DNA of 64,000 nucleotides from NCBI GenBank assembly GCA_001643675.2, contig LSRY02000005.1, positions 1,922,001 through 1,986,000 on the forward strand. Direction: 5' to 3'. The position numbers were made by a program, and so were the translations under genes. This document shows, one piece after another, positions 29,452 through 39,920 of this stretch (its first letter is position 1; each line of letters opens with the position of its first letter). The notes beneath the pieces were generated by a model. The model had not been told where the DNA came from. It saw nothing but the letters and a program-made list of their open reading frames with translations, and ran no database searches. The stretch comes from Monocercomonoides exilis PA203 (Eukaryota; Protista; Preaxostyla).

Positions 29452-32400
29452 ATGAGTTTTACAATTGCAGATATTCATACAAAGGCTGTTTTCATTATTC
29501 AAGCATCTCTTTATTTCTCGAAAAGTTCACCTTCGATATTTGAAAAAGCTTCCGAAATTCTTACTCCAACTGATTTTGAAGAAATTGTGATAGAGAGATC
29601 CTCTGAAGGGTTGTGTGGTTATCCTCTGTGTTCTAATGCTTGTCGTGGAGATAAGTCGAAGCTCCATAATAAACTTTCTGCAGGAGAATGGGGTAAACAT
29701 TGCTCAGATAAGTGTCAGAGAGCTTCTGCGATGTATCAAAGTTCTTTGCTTGACAAACCTCCAAATCGCGAAAAACACGTTTTTGAACTTGCAATAGAAG
29801 CTTACGAAGAGATCAAGAAAAGGCTTCATCTCCCAAAAGTCGAATCTGAAATTAGGATTTCATTTCTCGAATCAACGGATGGTTCATTTTATCAAGATAT
29901 CATTTCTCAATTTACAAAAAAAGAAGAAGAAGTCGTTGAAGAAAAATCAAAATTGCTACCTGAAAAATCAGTTCTTTCTCATGTACCAATTTATACCCCC
30001 GCACAGAAAAAACAACAGCAGTTTTTAGCAATGAAACCAATAGAGGAGCATAATGATGATATTACAGAAGAAGGAAGTGACAGTGAAGGCGATGACGATG
30101 ATAAAGAAAGTGGAAGCGAGAATGAAAACGATGAAAATTTTAATTTTGGAGACTTTGGCGAAGAGGAAGAAGATGATGAAGTGATACTCGATGATGAAAT
30201 CATGAGTGATCGTTTTGTCAGGGTGTGGGGCATTTTGGGAGAAATGATAACAGAAAAGACAAAAGAGACGCTGAAAGTTCTAAGAAAAGAAAAAGAAAAT
30301 TTGGCAAAGGAATTAGAGGAGAAATACAAGGCAAATGAAGAAAGCTTAAATAAGCTTCGAAGCGAGCGAGAGAAGAAGAAGAAAGAAAATGCCGAAAAAA
30401 AACAAGAAGCCGAAAGCAAAAAAGAGGAATTACGAAAGATCGAAGAAACAAAAATCAATGAAAAAAAAGAAAATAGCTTCAAAGCAATTGATGATGAAGA
30501 ATATGAAAAACCATCAATAATCTCTTCTTCATCATCTGCCTCTTCTTCTGCTTCTGCTTCTTCATCGGCATTGAGTGATACCGAACTTATGAATGCCATC
30601 TGCATGAACATCCGCAAAAAGCAGAAGAAACACACAGACTCAATTCTTAATCAACCTTCATCGTCATCATCATCATCTTCTTCTTCTTCTTCAGCGAGCA
30701 GTATAGCTGTCGATAACAACAGTAGCCACACCAATTCTTCTGCTTTGGCAGCCAAAACCCGTTTTTGTGATGAAGACGACGCAGCGCTGAGGCGACGGAA
30801 CAGACGGAACAACCTGCTGAGCTTGGCAGACCCGACGAGGGGGACAAGGAAAGTGGCAGTGAATAGAATGGGGAAGACGTATTTTGCGAAGGAGACGAGA
30901 GAGAGGAAGAAAGAAGAGGAAGAAGAGAGAGGAAGAGGAGGAGAAGGAGGAAGAGGAGAAGGAAAGGGAAGGAGAAATGATGTGGAAGGAAAGGAAAAAG
31001 AACTGGAATCGTTTTTTAGATTGAAGCAGGGAATAAATGAAATAAAAGAACATTCATTAGATGAGGCAGAAAATGGATGCAGAACATTGGAGTCGATGCT
31101 GGGCATACAAGACGAACTTCCTTCTCATCAGTCGCTGAAAACAAAGCCTGAGATGCAAGAAAAGAAGTTGGATTCAAAAGAATTAGCAGAAAATGCATCA
31201 TCATCTGCATCATCATCATCGCAAGCACTTTCTTCTTCTTCTTCTGCTGCTGCTGCTGCTGCTTCTTCTTCAGATTCTGCTTCATCGTCATCTTTATCTT
31301 CAATGAAACCAGACATTAAGCAAAAGATGAGTGAGAATACAAATCCAGTTGTGATTCATCCTCCAGTCGATCTTTCATCCACCCAAAGTAGAAGTTATAC
31401 AGATTTGCCTTCACTTTCATCTTCTTCCTCTTCTTCTTCTTCTTCCTCTTCATCATCATCATCATCATCATCTTCTTCTTCTTCTTCTTTCTCATATTCT
31501 TTCAACCAATCAACTTCAGCTTCGTCATTGAGCAATGAGAAGAAGCAGGAGATAGCATTCAGCATTGAGGCAGCTGACAGGTTTCTTCAGGAATCTCGTT
31601 CACACAGGAAAGATGAAGGAAAGAAGAAGATGAAGAAAGAAAAGAAAGAAAAGGAGAAAGAGAAGGAGAAAGAGAAAGAGAAAGAAAGAAATCAACCTTT
31701 AGAAAAGAATGATTCAGTGAAAATGACTGAAGCAGAAGGAAAAGAGAAGGACAAAGAAGGAGAAAGAGAGAAAGAGAAAGAGAAAGATGAGTTTTCTGTT
31801 AAATTGACAGATTATCAATCACAAAAGGGAGAAGAAAGAAACTTGATGAAAAGCTCGAATGAAACAGAAAAGAAACACGAAATTCGTCCAAGTGATAAAT
31901 TCAATGAGGAATTGTTATCTTTATCTGCCTCTTCTTCTTCCTCCTCTTCATCATCATCGTCTTCTTCTTCTTCTTCTTCTTCAACAGCAGGCAAAACAAT
32001 TTCACTAGAAAGCCAACTAAAAGCGAAGAAACAAGAGAAAGAAGAGAAGCTGCTGAGAGAGATTGAGGAGAGGAGAAGAAAATATCTTGAGACGATGTTC
32101 CATTCACATCTGACACACGCTGTTGATACACTTCATCTTGTCTCAAAGAAGTTCAAAGCGCAAATGCCTTCTTCTTCTTCTTCTTTCTCCTCCTCCTCTT
32201 CTGTTTCTTCTATTTCATCATCATCTTCTTCTTCTTCCTTCTCTTCCTCTTCCTCTTCCTCTTCTTCTTCCTCTTCCTCTTTCTCCTCTCCTTATTCCAC
32301 CAGCATTGCTGACTTTGTCCATTCCCGTGAGTGCACAAGTGATACACCTTGCAATCTGTGCAAAGGCATTCGAACTGATTTTGACAAGCTCATTTCAAAC

Positions 32401-32982
32401 ATCAACGTCGGATTCAGCGTTCCTTCTGCGACTGTTGGAGAAGAAGAAGAAGGAGAAGGAGAAGGAGAAGAAGATATTGAGTCTTCTTCTTCCTCTTCTG
32501 CTTCTTCTGCTTCTTCTTCCTCCTCCTCCTCTTCTTCAAATAAGCTTTCTTCTTCCACTTCAACACACCCATTGAATCCAAGTTCACTAGTCCAATTGAT
32601 GCAAGAAGCCAGGTACCTTCCTTCGTGGCTTCCAGAGAAAGAGCGAGAAAACATGTGCCCTTCGAGTCAAGCCATTTCTTCACCAGGCATTTCATCACAG
32701 ACAACATCGTCTGCTTCTTCTGATGATTCAGAGGAAAATGCTAATCAATCTTCTCTTTGTGCTCCTTTGACTCCGGAAGACTGGACTCTGTTGGTGACGC
32801 TCATTATCATCTCCTCTGGTTATCTGCACACTGAAGAGCTTCCTCCTTCTTTCCCTGTGTTCACTTCGCCGTCGTCGTATATTACTGATAAAGTTGTGCT
32901 TCGACATCTTACTCACGCGTTGGGAATTAGTGAGGATGAAATTTTAATTCTTTTTGATAATCTTGGGTTAAAATCCTCGTAG
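29452..32982 (+). CDS. RPAP2: RNA polymerase II CTD phosphatase RPAP2/Rtr1
   Basis: DFEEIVIERSSEGLCGYPLCSN...HCSDKCQRASAMY is the RTR1-type zinc finger. Long Ser/Glu-rich middle; C-terminal LTPEDWTLLVTLII helix. Confidence 0.88.
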   Translation: MSFTIADIHTKAVFIIQASLYFSKSSPSIFEKASEILTPTDFEEIVIERSSEGLCGYPLCSNACRGDKSKLHNKLSAGEWGKHCSDKCQRASAMYQSSLLDKPPNREKHVFELAIEAYEEIKKRLHLPKVESEIRISFLESTDGSFYQDIISQFTKKEEEVVEEKSKLLPEKSVLSHVPIYTPAQKKQQQFLAMKPIEEHNDDITEEGSDSEGDDDDKESGSENENDENFNFGDFGEEEEDDEVILDDEIMSDRFVRVWGILGEMITEKTKETLKVLRKEKENLAKELEEKYKANEESLNKLRSEREKKKKENAEKKQEAESKKEELRKIEETKINEKKENSFKAIDDEEYEKPSIISSSSSASSSASASSSALSDTELMNAICMNIRKKQKKHTDSILNQPSSSSSSSSSSSSASSIAVDNNSSHTNSSALAAKTRFCDEDDAALRRRNRRNNLLSLADPTRGTRKVAVNRMGKTYFAKETRERKKEEEEERGRGGEGGRGEGKGRRNDVEGKEKELESFFRLKQGINEIKEHSLDEAENGCRTLESMLGIQDELPSHQSLKTKPEMQEKKLDSKELAENASSSASSSSQALSSSSSAAAAAASSSDSASSSSLSSMKPDIKQKMSENTNPVVIHPPVDLSSTQSRSYTDLPSLSSSSSSSSSSSSSSSSSSSSSSSSFSYSFNQSTSASSLSNEKKQEIAFSIEAADRFLQESRSHRKDEGKKKMKKEKKEKEKEKEKEKEKERNQPLEKNDSVKMTEAEGKEKDKEGEREKEKEKDEFSVKLTDYQSQKGEERNLMKSSNETEKKHEIRPSDKFNEELLSLSASSSSSSSSSSSSSSSSSSTAGKTISLESQLKAKKQEKEEKLLREIEERRRKYLETMFHSHLTHAVDTLHLVSKKFKAQMPSSSSSFSSSSSVSSISSSSSSSSFSSSSSSSSSSSSSFSSPYSTSIADFVHSRECTSDTPCNLCKGIRTDFDKLISNINVGFSVPSATVGEEEEGEGEGEEDIESSSSSSASSASSSSSSSSSNKLSSSTSTHPLNPSSLVQLMQEARYLPSWLPEKERENMCPSSQAISSPGISSQTTSSASSDDSEENANQSSLCAPLTPEDWTLLVTLIIISSGYLHTEELPPSFPVFTSPSSYITDKVVLRHLTHALGISEDEILILFDNLGLKSS

Positions 32983-33185
32983 TTTATTGTTTTTTTCAAT
33001 AATTTTTATAATAATAATAATAATAATAATAACTTTACATGGTTAAGCATTTTTTTTAAAGATTTTAAAAGCAAGAAATGAAAAATGTGTGAAAAAGACA
33101 AAGAAAACAAAGAAAAAGAAAAGGGTCTTTTTTGATCAAACAAGAAAGAATCTCTCCAAACAGAGCTATTTCTGTCGTTTTTTAA

Positions 33186-35194
33186 ATGAGCGTTGTACCT
33201 CCGATCCCCATTGAATCCCTGGAAAAAGCAAAGCTTCTGCTTTATTCAGCAGAGCCTTCGCCGCCGAATGCTCGTCGTCCAATGGATTCGATGGCATTTC
33301 TTCCTTCATTCTCCGATGTTTCAAAACTTTCTGAAGTGAGAAAAGAAAAGAAAGTATCACAAGCTTCAGCTCCGCATGCGATTTCTCATCGTCAGCCTTC
33401 TTTTAGAAAAAAAGTCTTTTCGATGAAAACAAAACCATTGAAGAATAAAATTGGTATATTTCACAATTATTTTGTTAATTTCTTGACTTATTTTTTTTCT
33501 TTTTAGAAGATGAGCCTCAAAAAGAAATTGAACTCGATTTTTCAGATGACGTTAATGCTGAAATATTAGAAACTTCAAGGAAAGTGGAGGATCTAAGCTC
33601 CAATCATTTTCGTCCAGATTCTAAATCTATGAAAATAAAGAATCTTGTGCATGAAGATGATTTTCAAGATCAAGTTAATGAAGACGAACTGCGTGAATTG
33701 TTGTTTGAAGTGAAGTCTCTCATGGTTCAAGGAAAAGACAGAAATAAAAGACTTGCATATGGCTCGCAAACGCATCCGTTTCAATATAATAGGGCATCTG
33801 GAACCCAATCAGCCTTTCTGATGTCTCGTCCCTCTTCTCCGAATTCTCTTGATTATCAACCTATGACAAGAAGATCAACTGTAACTGTTGGAAGAGAAAC
33901 TTCGAGAAGCAGAAATGAAGATTCGGATGATCATATTAAAAAGACATTTAACTTGCAAAAGAGTATTCAAAAATTGCAAAAACAAATGAAAAGCGAAGAA
34001 GAGCGAAAGAAAAAGAACAAAAGGAAAAAGGATAAAAAATATCGCTCTTCAACTTCGCTTGGCTTTACTCCCTCTTCGTTCCTAAGTAGTGCTCAAATGA
34101 TGACTGAGACTGATCGTGATTTGTTGCAGACGAGAAAGGGCAGAGACGCATCTGTCGGGGAAGAAGGAATTGGCATCCGATGCGCTACAGAAAGAGCAGT
34201 TTACAGAAGCGGTGAGCATTCTGAAGGAGAAAGAGGTGCAATGTTTAGTGGTCCTTCTTTTGATCCGCCACAAAGTGGGATTCTTTCTCTGATTGGAGAG
34301 GATGATGAGTGGATGGAAGAGCTGCCGGAAGGCACTTCGACCGAAGTGATGGAGAGGATGACGCGGCGGCAGCTGACGGAAAGGAGAAGAGGAATAACAC
34401 CAATCAGGAAGATCGAAGCAGCAGCGCTGACAATGAAGTTCGAGGCTGAGATGACCAGAGCAGCGACAGAGAGGAAAAGAGGGCATCGGAAGACAGAAGC
34501 GAAGAGGATGGGCTCAACATTGGCTTCGAGTGGGGCTGGTGGAGCAACTTTATATGGCAGAGGGAGACCTTCAGTTCTTCCAGAGTTCGCTTCCCCTCTT
34601 TCTTCGCCAGGCATTCGCCAGCCATCGTCTCACAGGCAGCTCGTGTCACAGCAAATTCCTTCTCTGTCAATCACTTCATTATCGGATCCTTCTTCGCTTA
34701 CTCTTCCCCCTTCTTCATCTTCATCATCATTATCAGCAACAACTACAGCAACAGCAACAACTTCTTCTTCTTCTTCTTCTTCATTTTCATCCACACTTTC
34801 TAATCGCGTTAAGTCGCATTTGCGTGATATGCAGCCACTGCAAATAGAATCAAGCACTTCCTCGTCTTCCTCTCAATCGTTGCCTTCTCATTCAACCCAG
34901 TCTTCAACAACCGCCACATCAGCATCAGCATCAGCTACAACAACTCCACTTAAAACACAAAAAATGACTTTTCATTCCAGAAACACTTCTTTGTCTCCTC
35001 CAGTTCACACCACATTGAATATATCTTCTGCTTCTTCTGCTTCTTCTTCTTCAAATGATGAATCTGCCTCTGCAAACAAAACAACAACTGCTCATTCCAC
35101 ATCTCTTCATTCTTCCAGTCATTTGCGATTGGTTGAAGATGCCTCGTCTTCTTTGCCATATTCTCTTCCTCCTTTGGTTGGCGATGCACATTGA
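33186..35194 (+). CDS. Hypothetical disordered Ser/Thr-rich protein (2 exons)
   Basis: ATG 33186; a phase-1 intron at ~33454-33506 joins it to the 33584 ORF frame. Confidence 0.7.
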
Positions 35195-35745
35195 CAATCT
35201 TTTTTATTTGAGCTCATTCGTTTTTTTATTTTAATTATTTTTTATTTATTCTCTCATTCTTTTCTGTGATTTATTGAGATATTTTTTTTGGCAAATATTC
35301 TCTTGTTTTGTTGACTATTGTTGAGTTAATGTTGATGCTATACCTCAAATATGATGTTTGTCAACTGGCATTTTCTGTTTCAAAATTACTAGTTTTTATA
35401 TATGATTAATTTTCACTTTTACTGTTTCAAGCATAGCTTTATGTGTATGTCATTCATTTTCTGTTCTGTGTATCATTGACACCGTCTTTCTTTCGCATGA
35501 CACAAAATTATTTCGATTTGTTGTGAAAAAATTCACATATTTAGTAACTGTTATATTTCCGCACATTTCTGAAAAGAAATACACTTTTATCCCAAATAAT
35601 TCTTTATTTTTTTTTTGTCTTCGACCTCGAAAAGCAGAATAATAGCTTATAAACAACTGAGAAATCAAATCAAATAAAGCAAAATGAAAAAATTTAATTA
35701 AATAAATAAAATCCAAAAAAGATAACTTTACATTTCTAAATTCAA

Positions 35746-36665
35746 TTAACATTGCATTGTTCCTGTATAGCATGCAAGTTCAAACTGGCAGTCGTTGCTT
35801 CCTCTGATAATTCTGAAAAAGCCACGCTCTCCCCAATACTCTCCCCACGAGTTCTGGACAATCCAGTAAGGTGTTCCATTTTCTACACCCCATCCCATAA
35901 CCATCACAGCATGTGCTCCAAGGAATTTTCCAGTTGTATGCTTGTATATTCCTGATTTGTAGTGCTTCAAATCTTCGTATACAAGAAATCCAGATTCAAT
36001 TGGGCCATTTTCATAAATTTCTTGTTGCATATCCTTGCCAGAAACGTGTTTATATGATTTGGCTTTCACACGAATAATTTCAGAACCATTCATGCATTTT
36101 GTTGGGCACTGAGGAACTCGACCGTTTCCAGAGACATAGGGAAGGCAGTCTTCTGTAGTAATACCTTTGCTTTTGACATGGCTCCAGGACGTTGGAGGAA
36201 GACCTCCGTTGCATCCTCTATCAATTTTGTCGCAAGAAACGAGATCTTGCACTGACAACACTCCACGACTGCATCCCGCAATGTTGAGTTTGTTTCCAGC
36301 AACTTCAGAAACAGCATGAGCCCAGCATGACCCGCAGCTGCCTTGATTTCTCACTGGAACAAGAATGTTTGGCCATTTTTCACGAGCATCAAAATGTTCT
36401 GGCAATGCCTGGTTTGGAAGATAATCCCATTCGTTCTGTTCAACTTCAAGAAGACCAGCTCTTGCACGTATCATTGCTGTAGTGATAACAGATTTTGGAT
36501 ATTCAATGGCAACCCAAGTTGATTCAGGGTTGTTGTTGACAATATCAACAATTGACTCCAACATGCAACTGGATGTAAGCAATAAAATTGATAGCTATTT
36601 AATTTTTGAAAATCATAAACATTTCATGACAAATAACCAAAATACAAGAGGAAGCAAACAATCAT
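35746..36665 (-). CDS. CTSB: Cathepsin B-like cysteine protease (papain C1A), secreted
   Basis: ATGATT|GTTTGC...AAATAG|CTATCA gives signal peptide MILSILLLTSSCML. Catalytic triad motifs QGSCGSCW, GAHAV, QNSWG; LPEHFDAREKWP marks the mature start. Confidence 0.95.
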
Positions 36666-36891
36666 TTTTCTTCTTTATTCGATAAAGGTTTTTTTGATCT
36701 TTCATTTTTTCGAAAAAGGATTTCTCCTTCGTTTTTATTTCCGAAAGTTTAAATTTTTGAAAATCTGGTTTTAAAAAATATAATTAAATTTTTCCGAGTA
36801 AATTTTTGCAATAATAAAAAACGAAACTTCCTCTCAAAGTATTGAAATGTTTAATGTGAAACAGAGAAACAAAAAAATAATTTGAAAATTT

Positions 36892-39840
36892 TTAAAAGTC
36901 GAACAAATCTTCTCCATCATCCTCTGAAAACAAATTTGATGATTGTTTTGGTTTTATGGGATCTTGTTTTGGCTTGATTTGAAGAGGTTGAATGGGTTTT
37001 CTTTGAGTCTCAAATGATGTAATTGTTATGTCTTCATCATCATCGTCATCTCCAAAGAGAGAAGAAGATTTTGCAATGTTTGAAGAAGAAGAAGAAGAAG
37101 AAGGTTTCATTTTCTTATCACTTTGTGTGTGTGCTAATTTGGGCTTCTGAGGCGATTGAGCAGGCAATGGCTTGATTTCAGTCTTTGCAAAGGGAATATC
37201 AGCATCTCCTTCTTCTTTGTCTTCTTTATCATCATCATCATCATCATCATCGCCAAACAAAGAAGAAGAAGAAGAAGAAGAAATCTTCTTCGGCTTTGGT
37301 GAATCGTGTGGGGCTAATGAAGTCTGGTTGAGTGAATTAGATTTAGAGTGAGAAAGAGAAAGAGAATGAGAAGGAGAAGAAGAAGAAGAAGAGAAAGAAT
37401 CAAAGTCTTGATGTTCTTCTATGTTTTTCGTACTCATTGCAAACAAATCAACTTCCTCTTCCTTTTGATTCTGAAGTGCTGTTTCATCCAAAGTTATCTC
37501 TTTCTCTTCTTCTTCTTCTTCTTCTCCAAATAGAGAACTTGTCTGTTTATGTTCTGCTTCTTTTTCTTTTTCTTTTTCTTTTTCTTTTTCTTTGTTGTCT
37601 TCTTTTATTGCATTTGCTTTGCCTTTTTCTTCATCTTTGTCTTCATCTTCATAATCACCATTCAAAAACTCATCAAACAAATCAGACGATTTTGTTGCAT
37701 TCCTTCCAGAAGCATTATTAATCGCTTCTTCTTTTCCTTCTTCTTCTTCTTCTTCTTCTTCTTTCGCTTCTTTCTGTTGAACTTGCTGTTTTTCATCGCC
37801 AAATAAATCGTCTGCAAACAAGTCACTTTTCGTTTCTTTGTTTGCTTTCAATTCCAATTCATCTGGTTTTGTTGAATCAATTTTTCCTTCTTCATTTGTT
37901 GTTGTTGGAAGAGGAAGGGTTGTGAAATCAGTGGAAGCTTCACTTGCCAATGGAGTTGAGTCAAAAAGATCAGAAGAAGATGAAGAAGAAGAAGATGATG
38001 ATGATAATGAATTCAATCCAGAAAGAGCAATTTCAGAGCCAGAAGCAGAAGCAATAGATGAATCTATTTGTGATGTTAATTCAGATGAAGAAGAAGAAGA
38101 AGATGATGATGAAGTTACTTGTTCAATTTCAGTTTGTTTCTGATTCTCAGACACAAACAAGTCTTCCCCTTCATCTTCATCTGTGCTGTTTTTCTCTTCT
38201 GTCGCTTTTGTCTTCGGCACAACTTTTGGAAGAGAGGCAAACAGATTGTCAACTTCGTTGTTTTCGTCGGGAAGAGAAAGAGGAGAAGATGAAGTGAATG
38301 AATCAGCAACATTATCTGCCCCATTTTCTTCTTCTTTCTCTTTCTCTTTCTCCTTCTCCTTCTCCTTTTCTGCTTCTTTTGTCTGTTCTTGTTCCAATGT
38401 CATATCTTCTGAGTAATGCTCTTTAAGAGTCTCAGGAAGTGCTTCTTCATTCAGCTTCACTGCTTTTGCTGCCTCATTCAAAATCTCCTTTTCTGCATTG
38501 ATTTTGGCAATTTCTTCCTTCTGCCTCAAAATCAAACTCTCTTTTTCTGCTTTCTCCTTCTCCAATTCTTCCTCAAACACTCTCAATTTCTCCGAAAGCT
38601 CCCATTTCTCCGCTTCCCACAATTTTTCTTTTTCTCCGGCAATTGTTTTCCACTCTTCCTCTTTCTTTTCCATCTCGCTCTGGTTCTCCTTCGCTAAGCC
38701 ATTCATCGCCTGCTCCATCGCCTCCACTTCTGCTGCGTGTTCTTCTGCCAACTTCTTCTTTTCCTCCTCAAATTGCTCACTCATCTTCCTCATCTCCTCC
38801 TTCAGCCTCTCTTCCTCTGCTTTCCACTCTTCCTTCTCTTTCTCTCTTTCTCTTTCCAGTTCTTTCTTCTCCTCTTCTTTCTCTCTCTCCACTTTCTCCA
38901 CCATCTCTGCTGCTTCTTTATCTTTCCCTTCCAACTCCTCCTGCCTCCTTTCTGCCTCCTTCTTCAACCTCTCAATCTCTTCTTCTCTTTCTGCTATCAT
39001 CTTCTCCTTCTCTTCCTTCTCTTCTGCAGCTTTTGCCTCAATCATTCTTATCTTCTCGTCTCTTTCCTCTTCAATCTGTGTCTTCAGCCTGTCGATCTCC
39101 ACAACCAGCAACGGAGCTTTCTCTTCAGCCTCAGCCACTTTCTCATTCAGCACATGCACCTCTTTCCTCCTCTCTTCCACTTCTTCCTGCAATTTCCTGC
39201 TAACCTCACTCAATCTCTTCACTTCTGCCTGCAGTTGCTCTTCTTTCTGTGTGTTCAGCTCAGCATGGCTCTTCAGAAATGCCTCGTTTTGCGCTTTTTC
39301 CCTTCCAAACAGCTCCATCTGCCTCAGAAACTGCCTATTCGCATCATCGCTCTTCTCTTCAGCTGCATTCGCTCGTCTGATCGCTTCGTTCCTCTCATCA
39401 ACCAAGATTTGCTCTGTCCTTTCCTTCGCTCTTAGCCTTTCTCTCTCTTCTTTCAGCTGCATCTCAGCCACAATCTTCTCTGCCTCCATCGCAACTGCCT
39501 TCTTCTGCGCCTCTTCTGTCCTTCTCTTCTCTTCCTCTGCTTTCGCCTGCTCTTCATCCAGCTGTCTTGTGAGTGCCTCAACAGCTGCAGTGAGCTGAAC
39601 AACAGCTTGCTCCTTCTCTGCTCCTTCTGCTATCATTTCTTCTTTCTCCTTCTGGATTACACTTTCTCTTTCTTTCTCTGCCTCTTCCATTGCCTTCACT
39701 TGGCTCTCTGCAAAGTGCTTCATTGAGCTGTGTCTGTGAAGCAGTGCTTGTTGGGCGTCAGAGGCAGAAGAGAGGAGGGAGAGGAGGCTGTGGAGAGAGG
39801 ATGTGAGGGAGAGCTGGGTGAGTGTGTGGGCTGAGTGAAG

Positions 39841-39920
<80 letters not shown>

